Source: Candidatus Latescibacterota bacterium (lineage in GTDB: Bacteria > Latescibacterota > UBA2968 > UBA8231). From it: a stretch of DNA of 64,000 bases. The stretch's first letter is position 1, and each line of letters begins with the position of its first letter. The DNA is taken from positions 5,344,001 through 5,408,000 of the forward strand of contig OZ252098.1 in the NCBI GenBank assembly GCA_965248355.1, read 5' to 3'. Under the pieces are notes generated by a model. The model made no database searches. It saw only the letters and a list, made by a program, of their open reading frames with translations, and was not told the DNA's origin. Both the position numbers and the translations under genes were made by a program. Below, piece after piece: positions 11,590 to 19,984 of the stretch.

Positions 11590-12828
11590 ATGATCGACAG
11601 CGTCCTCGGCGGCGTGAGCATGTTCACCGGCGTGGTCCTGGCCCTGGTGGCCGTCATCCTCGCGGCGCGCTCGAAGCTGGTGGCCACCGGCGACGTCACC
11701 ATCGAGGTCAACGGCGAGCGCGACGTGGTCACGCCGGCCGGCGGCAAGCTGCTGAACGTGCTGGCCGACAACGGCCTGTTCGTCTCCTCGGCCTGCGGCG
11801 GCGGCGGCACCTGCGCCCAGTGCCGGGTCAAGGTCCAGGAGGGCGGCGGCGAGATCCTGGACACCGAGAAGGAGCACATCAACCGGCGCGAGGAGAAGGA
11901 GGGGGAGCGCCTCTCCTGCCAGGTCACGGTCAAGCAGGACATGAAGATCGAGGTCCCGCCCGAGGTGTTCGGCGTCAAGCGCATGGAGTGCGAGGTCGTC
12001 TCCAACGACAACGTGGCCACCTTCATCAAGGAGCTGGTCCTCAAGCTCCCCGAGGGCGAGCCCCTGGACTTCGAGTCCGGCGGCTTCATCCAGATCGAGG
12101 TGCCGCCCTTCGAGTGCAGCTTCCGCGACTTCGAGGTGGACGAGCGCTTCCGCGAGGACTGGGACCGCTTCGGGGTCTGGGACCTGCGCACGGTGGGCAC
12201 GGAGACGGTGGTGCGGGCCTACTCCATGGCCAGCCACCCGGCCGAGGGCGACATCGTCATGCTCAACATCCGCATCGCCACGCCGCCCTTCGACCGCAAG
12301 GCCGGCGGCTGGGAGAAGGTCAACCCCGGCCTCGCCTCGTCGTACACCTTCGCCTGCAAGCCCGGCGACAAGGTGACGATCTCCGGTCCCTACGGGGAGT
12401 TCTACATCCAGGAGACCGACCGCGAGATGTGCTACATCGGTGGCGGCGCCGGCATGGCGCCCCTGCGCTCGCACCTGTTCCACCTGTTCCACACCGAGAA
12501 CACGCAGCGCAAGGTCTCCTACTGGTACGGGGCTCGGTCCAGCAAGGAGCTGTTCTACGAGGACCACTTCCGCGACCTCGAGGAGAGGTTCCCGAACTTC
12601 TCCTTCCACGTGGCCATGTCCGAGCCCCTCCCCGAGGACAACTGGACCGGGCCCACCGGATTCATCCACCAGGTCGTGCTCGAAGAGTACCTGAGCAAGC
12701 ACCCGTCACCGGAGGACATCGAGTACTACCTGTGCGGCCCCCCCCTGATGCTGCAGGCGGTGCTGGCCATGCTCGACGACCTGGGCGTCGAAGAGGAGAT
12801 GATCCGCTTCGACGACTTCGGCAGCTGA
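11590..12828 (+). CDS. nqrF: Na+-NQR subunit F
   Basis: 2Fe-2S motif [12 protein letters not shown]...RLSCQ, FAD motif [26 protein letters not shown] and C-terminal DDFG. Confidence 0.97.
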   Translation: MIDSVLGGVSMFTGVVLALVAVILAARSKLVATGDVTIEVNGERDVVTPAGGKLLNVLADNGLFVSSACGGGGTCAQCRVKVQEGGGEILDTEKEHINRREEKEGERLSCQVTVKQDMKIEVPPEVFGVKRMECEVVSNDNVATFIKELVLKLPEGEPLDFESGGFIQIEVPPFECSFRDFEVDERFREDWDRFGVWDLRTVGTETVVRAYSMASHPAEGDIVMLNIRIATPPFDRKAGGWEKVNPGLASSYTFACKPGDKVTISGPYGEFYIQETDREMCYIGGGAGMAPLRSHLFHLFHTENTQRKVSYWYGARSSKELFYEDHFRDLEERFPNFSFHVAMSEPLPEDNWTGPTGFIHQVVLEEYLSKHPSPEDIEYYLCGPPLMLQAVLAMLDDLGVEEEMIRFDDFGS

Positions 12829-12856
12829 GGCCTTCCGCCGGGGTTGCACACCGCCC

Positions 12857-13117
12857 GTGACGCTCTTTCTATCAGCCCTCGTCGTCTTCGCGCTGGTGAT
12901 GGCCGGCATGGCCGTGGGCGTGATCCTCGGCAACCGGAGGATCACCGGCTCCTGCGGCGGGCTGGCCAACCTGCAGGCCGGGGACGGCGAGCCCATGTGC
13001 GAGTGCGGGGCCCGGCCCGGCCAGTCGTGCGGCGCCGACCCCGAGCGGCGCTTCGAATCGGCCGCGGCACCCGCCGGGGAGCGACTCCAGGAGGGCCGCG
13101 AGAGGGCAACCTTCTGA
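12857..13117 (+). CDS. nqrM: Na+-NQR maturation factor NqrM (DUF539)
   Basis: One TM helix ending MAVGVILG, followed by ITGSCGGLA and further Cys (CEC...C). Lies directly after nqrF. Confidence 0.8.
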   Translation: MTLFLSALVVFALVMAGMAVGVILGNRRITGSCGGLANLQAGDGEPMCECGARPGQSCGADPERRFESAAAPAGERLQEGRERATF

Positions 13118-13131
13118 AGCTGGCCGGGTCG

Positions 13132-13476
13132 TTGACCGCTTACCTGCCTGTTCTCGCCTACCTCGGTCTCTGGCTCCTGCTCGGCGCCTGTCTGGGCCTG
13201 CTGCGCCGAGCCCTCGCCGGCCCATCGCGGGAGCCCGCATCCTCCGTGCCCGGCGGCGTCGAAGTCGAGTCCGGCGATCCATGCCTGCCCCTGGCTCGAC
13301 TCGCCCCGGCCGTGTCGGGAGCCGTCCTGCTGCTGGTCCTCGGGGCGGTCGAGCTGGAGGCGGAGCCGGTCGCCGACGCTCTCCTTCCATTCCTGCTTCT
13401 CGTCCTCGTCGTCGCCATCGCCCTGATCCACGCCGGCCGTCGAAGGACGCGGTCCGACCCGGCGGAGCCTCCGTGA
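13132..13476 (+). CDS. Highly divergent NuoA-like membrane protein
   Basis: TTG start giving LTAYLPVLAYLGLWLLLG (typical NuoA N-terminus), three hydrophobic segments, and first position in the nuo-like run. The conserved YECG loop is absent. Confidence 0.55.
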   Translation: MTAYLPVLAYLGLWLLLGACLGLLRRALAGPSREPASSVPGGVEVESGDPCLPLARLAPAVSGAVLLLVLGAVELEAEPVADALLPFLLLVLVVAIALIHAGRRRTRSDPAEPP

Positions 13477-14999
13477 TCGGCCCGGTCCTGCCGCCTCCGG
13501 CCGGGCCGGCGGCCATCGAGGTCGCCGGCGGCGACCTCGAGAGGGAGGTGAGGGGCCTGCTGGACGAGGATCCGACGCTCCATCTCGTCGACTTCACCGC
13601 CGCGGGCGGCCACCGGACCGATCCCCCGCTCCGCGGGGTGTATCAACTTCGTTCCGCCGCCGGAGACCGGATCCACCTGACGGCCGCCGGTGGCGGGGAG
13701 CTGCCGGGACTGGCCCACATCTGGGCCGCCGCCGACTGGCCTGAGCGCGAGGCGGCGGAGCGCTTCGGGATCCGCTTCACCGGCCGTGAGGACCTGCGGC
13801 CCTTGATGCTCGCGGCGCCGGCCACGGCCCCTGGAGAGGGGTCTCCGCGGTCCGAAGGGGAGGTGCCGATCCACGATCCGGCCCTGGGCACCCCCTTCCG
13901 GCTCGACTTGGGGGCCCGCCTGCGGGGCGGCCGGATCATATCGGCCGAGGCCCGCCCGGGACGCCTGCACAGCGGCTTCGAGAAGCTCGCCGAGGGCCGC
14001 ACCTACGCCCAGTTGCCGGTGCTGGCCGAGAGCCTGAACGAGCAGGCGCCGTTCACGGCCGGGCTGGCGGCGGTCCTCGCCGCCGAGGCCCTGCTGGAGA
14101 TCGAGCCGCCGCCCCGGTGCACCTGGGTGCGCACCCTGCTGGCCGAGGTCAGCCGCATCGCCGCCCACTGCGCCTGGCTGGCCAATCTGGCGGGACCGGA
14201 TGCGCCTCTGTGGGGTCAGTCCCTGGCGGCCCGGGAGTCGGCGGCCCGTTTCCTGGCCGCGGCCAGCGGCCGCCGCTGGGCCACGGGGGCGCAGCGCATC
14301 GGCGGCATCGCCGCCGACGTGCCGGCCGCAGCCGACCGGCTGCTGGGGGAGCTGCGGTCCTCCGTCGACCGGCTGCGCTCGGAGGCCGAGCGCAGCACCG
14401 TCGACCACCGCGGCTGGCGCCGCCGCTTCACCGGCGTCGCGGTCCTGGACGCCGCCGGGGCCCTTTCCGCCGGAGCCTCGGGGCCGGTGGCCCGCGCCTC
14501 GGGCCTCGACCTCGACGTACGGCGCACCGATCCCTATCTCGCCTACGGCGAGGTCCGGTTCCGCGTGCCCACGGCGGATTCGGGCGACGTCGTCGACCGG
14601 ACGCGGGTTCGCCTCGAGGAGATGGGGGAGAGCCTCGCCGTCGCCCGGCAGTGCCTGGCCGCCGTCCCCGCCGGGTCGACCCTCGCCCACGAGACCCCGC
14701 AGCCGACGGTGCGTCCCACGGAGCCCGCCGAGTTGATCCGCCACTTCGAGCGCTGGATGGATGGCCACGGCCATCGTCCCCGCCCCTCCGAGGTCTACGT
14801 GCCCATCGAGTCCCCCGACGGGGAGCTCGCCTTCTACCTGGTCTCCGACGGCAGCGGCAGTCCGGCCCGGGTCCACCTGCGCTCGCCCTCCCTGTTCCAC
14901 TTCCAGGCGCTGCCGCCGCTGCTGGCGGGGCTCCGGTACAACCGCGCTCCCCAGGTGGTGGCCAGCCTCAACGTCATCGCTTCCGAGATGGACCGGTGA
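13473..14999 (+). CDS. Divergent fused NuoC/NuoD-like protein
   Basis: GTGA overlap with the upstream stop. NuoC motif AADWPEREAAERFGIRFTG; NuoD motifs GRLHSGFEKLAE, EVSRIAAH, SGPVARASG..DVRRTDPY, ESPDGEL, RSPS and C-terminal SEMDR. Confidence 0.85.
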   Translation: MIGPVLPPPAGPAAIEVAGGDLEREVRGLLDEDPTLHLVDFTAAGGHRTDPPLRGVYQLRSAAGDRIHLTAAGGGELPGLAHIWAAADWPEREAAERFGIRFTGREDLRPLMLAAPATAPGEGSPRSEGEVPIHDPALGTPFRLDLGARLRGGRIISAEARPGRLHSGFEKLAEGRTYAQLPVLAESLNEQAPFTAGLAAVLAAEALLEIEPPPRCTWVRTLLAEVSRIAAHCAWLANLAGPDAPLWGQSLAARESAARFLAAASGRRWATGAQRIGGIAADVPAAADRLLGELRSSVDRLRSEAERSTVDHRGWRRRFTGVAVLDAAGALSAGASGPVARASGLDLDVRRTDPYLAYGEVRFRVPTADSGDVVDRTRVRLEEMGESLAVARQCLAAVPAGSTLAHETPQPTVRPTEPAELIRHFERWMDGHGHRPRPSEVYVPIESPDGELAFYLVSDGSGSPARVHLRSPSLFHFQALPPLLAGLRYNRAPQVVASLNVIASEMDR

Positions 15000-15412
15000 A
15001 CGAGGCCCTGGAGGTCCATGCCCGCCGGCTGCTGGCCCGCTACCCCCGGCCCGCCGGGGCCCTCATGCCCCTCATCGACCTGGTGCTGGCCGACCGCGGC
15101 GTCTGCGACCTCGGGGCGGCGCGCTGGATCGCCGGGCTCACGGGGCTGTCGGCCGCCGCCGTGGCCGGGATCGCCTCGAGCCGCGGCGCCTCGCCGGGCG
15201 GGCGAGTACGCGTGTGCACGGGGTTGAGTTGCCGGCTCATGGGGGGTGACGAGGTCGCCCGGCGGCTGCGGGAACGCCTCGGCGACCAGGTGATCCCGGC
15301 GGCCTGCCTCGGGGTCTGCTCGGCGGCGCCCGCCTTCGAGCGGGGAGGCCGCCTCTTCGAGGGTCTGACCCCGGGGCGCCTCGACGCCCTCCTCGCCGGA
15401 GGGCGTCCGTGA
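14996..15412 (+). CDS. Divergent NuoE-like 2Fe-2S protein
   Basis: GTGA overlap. RYP...ALMPL N-terminus; VCTGLSC and CLGVC..AP give four N1a-type Cys ligands. Confidence 0.85.
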   Translation: MNEALEVHARRLLARYPRPAGALMPLIDLVLADRGVCDLGAARWIAGLTGLSAAAVAGIASSRGASPGGRVRVCTGLSCRLMGGDEVARRLRERLGDQVIPAACLGVCSAAPAFERGGRLFEGLTPGRLDALLAGGRP

Positions 15413-16725
15413 ACGAGCACCGGCTCCTGTTCGAGGGTATCGACGCCCCGGACATCGACCGGCTCCACGTCTACCACCGGCGCGGCGGCGGGGAGGGAAT
15501 CGCCCGGGCTCTGGCCATGGGATCCGAGGGCGTGGCCGGAGAGGTGACCGACTCCGGTCTGCGGGGGCGCGGCGGAGCCTGGCGGCCGGTGGGGGAGCGC
15601 TGGCAGGCGTTGCGAGAGCGCGGCGGCGCCCGCTACGTCGTCGCCGACCTGCTCGAGGCGGAACCGGGCCGCTTCCGGGACCGCAAGCTGGCCGAGCGCC
15701 AGCCCCACCGTCTGCTGGAGGGTGTGCGCATCGCCGCCCACGCCACCGGCGCCTCGGCGGCCTTCCTCTGCATCCGCGCCGACGCGGCCCGGGCGCGGAA
15801 GGCGCTGGCCGGGGCCCTGGCCGAGCTGCGCGACGCGGGTGAGATCGGCGGCCACGGCCTGCGCGTCCACGAGCACGCCGTGCCCGGACCCCTTCCGGTC
15901 GCCGCCGGCGACAGCCTGACGCTCAACCTGATCGAGGGCGGCCGCCCCGAGCCGCGGCCCCCGGACGGCACCCCGGATCCAGCCACGACTCTCTTCGGTG
16001 AGCCCGCCGCCGTGCACTCGGCCTCCACCCTGGGCTACCTGCCGCTGGTGATGGCCGGGGGGAGCACCGCCTTCCGGGCCGTGGGCAGCGCCGCGGCCCC
16101 CGGGACCCAGGCCTTCTGCCTCAGCGGTCACGTGCGCCGCCCGGGTCTCTACGAGGTGGCCCTGGGATCGGGCACCTTCCGCGATCTCGTCGAGGGGCTG
16201 GCTGGAGGGGTGCCCGGGGGCCGGCTCCTGAAGTTCGTTCTCCATTCGGGGTACGGCTCGACGCCGGTCCTCGGCGAGGCCGATCTCGACCGACCCCTCG
16301 ATCCCGCCGCCTGGGCGCGACCCGGCGGCGGCGGCCTGGACGGCGACTTCGGCGCCGGAGTCGTCATCGCCGCTGACGAGACCGTCTGCGCCGTGGACAC
16401 GGCACGGCTGGTGGCGCGCGCCCTGGCGGACGCGTCCTGCGCCCAGTGCCCGCCATGCCGGGAGGGTCTCGCCTGGGCCGCCGGGGCCCTGGAACGGCTG
16501 GAGGCGGGGACCTCCCACGCCGGGGAGCTGGAGCGGCTGCGCGCCCGGGCCGCGGCGCTCACCCCGTCCGTGGCCCTGTGCGGGCACGGCCCCCTGGCGG
16601 CCTCCGCGGTGAGCGCCCTGGCCGCGGCCTTCGACGAGGAGTTCGAGGCCCACCTGGACGGCGGCTGCCCGGTCGCCAAGGACCTGTCCATGAGAACCCC
16701 CGAGAGCATCCACGTGCGGTTCTGA
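15409..16725 (+). CDS. Divergent NuoF-like protein
   Basis: SGLRGRGGA, EAEPGRFRDR, SGHVRRPGLYEV and SCAQCPPCREG...LCGHG (N3 ligands). Confidence 0.9.
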   Translation: MNEHRLLFEGIDAPDIDRLHVYHRRGGGEGIARALAMGSEGVAGEVTDSGLRGRGGAWRPVGERWQALRERGGARYVVADLLEAEPGRFRDRKLAERQPHRLLEGVRIAAHATGASAAFLCIRADAARARKALAGALAELRDAGEIGGHGLRVHEHAVPGPLPVAAGDSLTLNLIEGGRPEPRPPDGTPDPATTLFGEPAAVHSASTLGYLPLVMAGGSTAFRAVGSAAAPGTQAFCLSGHVRRPGLYEVALGSGTFRDLVEGLAGGVPGGRLLKFVLHSGYGSTPVLGEADLDRPLDPAAWARPGGGGLDGDFGAGVVIAADETVCAVDTARLVARALADASCAQCPPCREGLAWAAGALERLEAGTSHAGELERLRARAAALTPSVALCGHGPLAASAVSALAAAFDEEFEAHLDGGCPVAKDLSMRTPESIHVRF

Positions 16726-16726
16726 G

Positions 16727-18334
16727 ATGCCCGCGGCGATCATCCACGTGGACGGGGAGGCCGTGGAGGCGCCCGAGGGGGCGAACCTGCTGACGACGCT
16801 GTTGTCCGCGGGCCGGTGGCTGCCGCACCCGTGCTTCCATCCGGCCCTGTCGGCGCCGGCCTCCTGCCGGTTGTGCGTGGCGGCTCTCGACGGACCCCGG
16901 GGGCGGGAGCTGATCACCCCCTGCAACCGCGAGGTCCGGGACGGGATGTCCCTGTTTCTCGATACGTCCGAGGTGGCGGAGGCCCGCGAGGGCCTGCTGG
17001 ACGACCTGCTCTGGCGCCATCCGGCCGACTGCGCGGTCTGCGAACGCTCCGGGGAGTGCGAGCTCCAGGAGGCGGTCCGCTCCGCCGGGGGCGGCCGGAC
17101 GCCGCCCGCGCCGGAGAGCGAGCCGGAGCGCCTCCTGTTGGGCCCCCGGCTGGTGCTCGACCGCCGCCGCTGCATCCTGTGCACCCGCTGTGTCCGCTTT
17201 GGAGAGGAGGTCGCGGAGGCTCCGGCCCTGGCCGTCGAAGGCAGCGGATCCGGCGCCCGTATCGCCGCCTGCGCCGGCGAGGAGGTCGCCGGTCCCATGT
17301 CGGGCAATCTCCTGGACCTGTGCCCGGCGGGAGCCCTGAGCGACCCCGACGAGCGCGGCGCCCCGCCGCCGTGGCGGCTGACGGGGGTCTCCAGTGTGTG
17401 CGCCGGCTGCGCCAGCGGCTGCGCCACCCGGGTGGACGTGCACGACGGCCGCGTATGGAGGGTCAAGCCGCGTCCGGAGGGCGCCGAGGGCGGCTACTGG
17501 CTGTGCGATCGCGGCCGCTACGGCTGGCAGCCCCAGGGCCCGCGCCTGCAGGCGCCGCGCCGGGACGGGCGCGACACCGGTTGGGACACGGCCCTGGCCG
17601 GCGTGGCCGAGGAGATGGAGCAGGCCCGCCGGGCCGCGGTGATGCTGAGCCCCTACCTGACCAACGAGGAGACCTTCCTGCTGATCCAGCTCGCCCGCCG
17701 GTGGAGGGCGGAGCTGTACCTGTGGGAGGAGGAGGCCGCCGAGGGCGATCGCACCTTCCCCGGCGGCTTCACGATCCGCGCCTCCCGGGGTCCGAACGCG
17801 GCCGGCGCCAAGGCCGTGGCCCAGGCGGCCGGATCCCGTCTCCTTGCCGCCGGGGACCTGGGCGCCGGCGTCGAGGTCCTGTATGTGGTGGGAGGGTCGC
17901 TGTGCGGAGAGGGCCCGCCGCCGGTCCCGTCCGGAGGCGCGCGGCTGATCGCCCAGGACGTCACCCCGTCGGCGCTGGTGGACGGCGCCGCCATCACTCT
18001 GGCCGGCGGCAGCGCCTGGACCGAGAAGGAGGGCACCTTCGTGGACGCCCTCGGACGGGTCCGGAGGGTCCGCGCCGCCGCCGACCCACCCGGCGACGCG
18101 AGACCGGATCTGTGGATCCTCAGCGCCCTCTGGCACGGCGGTCCGAACCGCGACTCGGCGGACCGGGTCTTCGCCCGGCTGGCGCGCACCCTGCGCGAGC
18201 CCTTCGCCCGCCTCGACTACGGGGTTCTCGACGCCCGCTCTCCGGCAAGGGGCGTCGCCTTCGGCGGCGGATGGTCGACCTGGCTGCAGCGCCACGGGCT
18301 CGTCCCGGTCGGAGACCACGGAGGCCCGCCGTGA
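16727..18334 (+). CDS. Divergent NuoG-like multi Fe-S protein
   Basis: PCFHPALS..SCRLC..PC, HPADCAVCERSGECELQ, RCILCTRCVRF..DLCPAGAL, CAGCASGC..LCDRGRY and WTEKEGTF. Confidence 0.9.
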   Translation: MPAAIIHVDGEAVEAPEGANLLTTLLSAGRWLPHPCFHPALSAPASCRLCVAALDGPRGRELITPCNREVRDGMSLFLDTSEVAEAREGLLDDLLWRHPADCAVCERSGECELQEAVRSAGGGRTPPAPESEPERLLLGPRLVLDRRRCILCTRCVRFGEEVAEAPALAVEGSGSGARIAACAGEEVAGPMSGNLLDLCPAGALSDPDERGAPPPWRLTGVSSVCAGCASGCATRVDVHDGRVWRVKPRPEGAEGGYWLCDRGRYGWQPQGPRLQAPRRDGRDTGWDTALAGVAEEMEQARRAAVMLSPYLTNEETFLLIQLARRWRAELYLWEEEAAEGDRTFPGGFTIRASRGPNAAGAKAVAQAAGSRLLAAGDLGAGVEVLYVVGGSLCGEGPPPVPSGGARLIAQDVTPSALVDGAAITLAGGSAWTEKEGTFVDALGRVRRVRAAADPPGDARPDLWILSALWHGGPNRDSADRVFARLARTLREPFARLDYGVLDARSPARGVAFGGGWSTWLQRHGLVPVGDHGGPP

Positions 18335-19266
18335 CCTCACCTTCCGACACCCCCCTCGGCTGCGCTTCCATCGCCTTCGTCGCCACCCTCGGTCTGGTCC
18401 TCGCCAGCGCCGTCGTCGAGCGGACGGCGATGGCCCGCGCCTCCGGTCTTCGCCGACCGGCACCGCTGGGTCCGGTGGCCGACGTCGTCAAGATGATGGC
18501 CAGATCGCGGAGGGCCGCCCCCGGTTCGGGTGTCTCGGCCTTCGTCGCCCTGCTGCCGGCCCTCGGCCTGGTCGCCTTCCTGCCCCCGGGTGCGGCCGTC
18601 GGCGGTCTGCTGCCCTCCGGGGCGGCGGTCTCCGGCGGGGCGATCCACGCGCTGCTGCTGCTGGCCCTGCTGGCGGTCTCCGCCCACGCGTGGCTGCTGC
18701 CGGCGGCCTTCGTCGATCCCAGTCGGCGGCGGGAGCTGATCGATTCCGCGGGCTGCCTTCTGGCTTGCCATCTGGCCGCGCTCCTGGTGGTGGCGGGACT
18801 CCTGATCGACTGCTCGGGGCCGGTCCTGGCGGGGTCGTCTCGAGCACCGGCCGCCTGGCCTCTCTGGACCCATCCCGCCGGTGCTGCGGCCTGGATCGGG
18901 ATCCTGGTGGTCCTCTCCCGTTGCACCGGATCGGTTCTCGGCGGTCGTCGGGCCGGCCTGGGCCCGGGCTCCGGTCCGGCCGCGCTCTGGCTGCCCCTGT
19001 CCCGGCACCTTCAGCGGGGGGCCGTAGCGCTGCTCGCCTTCCATCTCTTCTGCGGCGGGCTGCCGTGGGCCGCCGGCTGGGTCGAGGTCCTGCCAGGCCT
19101 GACCGCGGCCGCCGTGCTGGCCACGGCCGGGATTCTCGGCGTCAGCCTCTCCGACGCCACGGCCGAGGGGCTGACACGGGTGGCCTGGGCGCGCATCGTG
19201 CCCCTGGCCCTGGTCGACGTCTCCGTCTCCGTCCTTCGCTCCGGGGGCTGGATGCCGTGGAGCTGA
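18331..19266 (+). CDS. Highly divergent NuoH-like membrane protein
   Basis: GTGA overlap. VVERTAMAR...LGPVADVVKMM matches NuoH ERK...QPxADxxKL; also WPLWTHP, LFCGG and WARIVPLALV. Confidence 0.7.
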   Translation: MTSPSDTPLGCASIAFVATLGLVLASAVVERTAMARASGLRRPAPLGPVADVVKMMARSRRAAPGSGVSAFVALLPALGLVAFLPPGAAVGGLLPSGAAVSGGAIHALLLLALLAVSAHAWLLPAAFVDPSRRRELIDSAGCLLACHLAALLVVAGLLIDCSGPVLAGSSRAPAAWPLWTHPAGAAAWIGILVVLSRCTGSVLGGRRAGLGPGSGPAALWLPLSRHLQRGAVALLAFHLFCGGLPWAAGWVEVLPGLTAAAVLATAGILGVSLSDATAEGLTRVAWARIVPLALVDVSVSVLRSGGWMPWS

Positions 19267-19715
19267 TCCTCCTCGCCGCGTCCGCCGTCGCCGGTGGCGC
19301 CGGCCTCGCCGCCGCGTACTGGCGGTCGGCCCACGGTGCCTGCGTCTGCATCGGCCTCGCTGCTGCGGCTGTGGCCGTCCTCGCCGCCATGCACGACGCC
19401 TTCACCGCTGCCGCCGTGCTCCTCGTGCAGGCAGCGGTCGGACTGGCGGTCCTGCCCATGGCGGTGCCCGCCGGCACGAGTCCATGCCGCCCCCGGCGGG
19501 TGCTGCCTGCCGTGGTGGTCCTGGGGCTGGGAACGATCCTGGCCATGGTGCTGACCGCAGGCGTTGCCACAGGCCCGTTTCCGCCGGCCTACCCCCCGCG
19601 CAGCGGCACTCTGGTCTTCGCCCTGGGCGGTCTGTTCCTGCTCTCCGCCGTGGTCGGCATCAGCGCCCTCTCCCGCCGGGCTCCCGCCGGCCCGGCCCCC
19701 GGGGAGGCATCGTGA
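19257..19715 (+). CDS. Highly divergent NuoJ-like membrane protein
   Basis: GTG 19257, ~152 aa, five hydrophobic segments. C-terminal FALGGLFLLSAVVGISALSRR resembles NuoJ LLLxAxxGAxxL. Position between H-like and K-like genes. Confidence 0.6.
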   Translation: MELILLAASAVAGGAGLAAAYWRSAHGACVCIGLAAAAVAVLAAMHDAFTAAAVLLVQAAVGLAVLPMAVPAGTSPCRPRRVLPAVVVLGLGTILAMVLTAGVATGPFPPAYPPRSGTLVFALGGLFLLSAVVGISALSRRAPAGPAPGEAS

Positions 19716-19984
19716 CCATCACGGCCTGGGTCCTGGCTGTGGCCGCGCTGCTCCTGGCCGCCGGCGTGGCCGCCGGTCTGGTCCGGTCTCACGTCCTCAC
19801 ACCCCTGGTGGGCGGGCAGCTCGGAATCCTCGGGGCCGTGCTCGCCGTGGTCGTGTTGCTGGGCGAGCCGGGTCGCGTGCTGGCCGTCGCGGCCCTTGCG
19901 GTGGCGGGCGCGCAGGCCGGCCTGGTGCTGGCGCTGATCCGCCGCGCCCACCCCGAGGGGCCCGAAGAGACTCCCCACTCGTGA
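19712..19984 (+). CDS. Highly divergent NuoK-like membrane protein
   Basis: GTGA overlap, 90 aa, three TM segments. GRVLAVAALAVAGAQAGLVLALI matches NuoK GQxFAxFxxxVAAAEAAVGLAI. Confidence 0.7.
   Translation: MTITAWVLAVAALLLAAGVAAGLVRSHVLTPLVGGQLGILGAVLAVVVLLGEPGRVLAVAALAVAGAQAGLVLALIRRAHPEGPEETPHS

Noticed and set aside
6988..12828. Rnf complex
   Set aside because: NqrA- and NqrF-specific sequences are present, and there are no RnfB/RnfC ferredoxin motifs.
13473..14999. Group 4 NiFe hydrogenase large subunit / Ech-like complex
   Set aside because: No N- or C-terminal CxxC nickel ligands, no small subunit, and the gene order is that of nuo.
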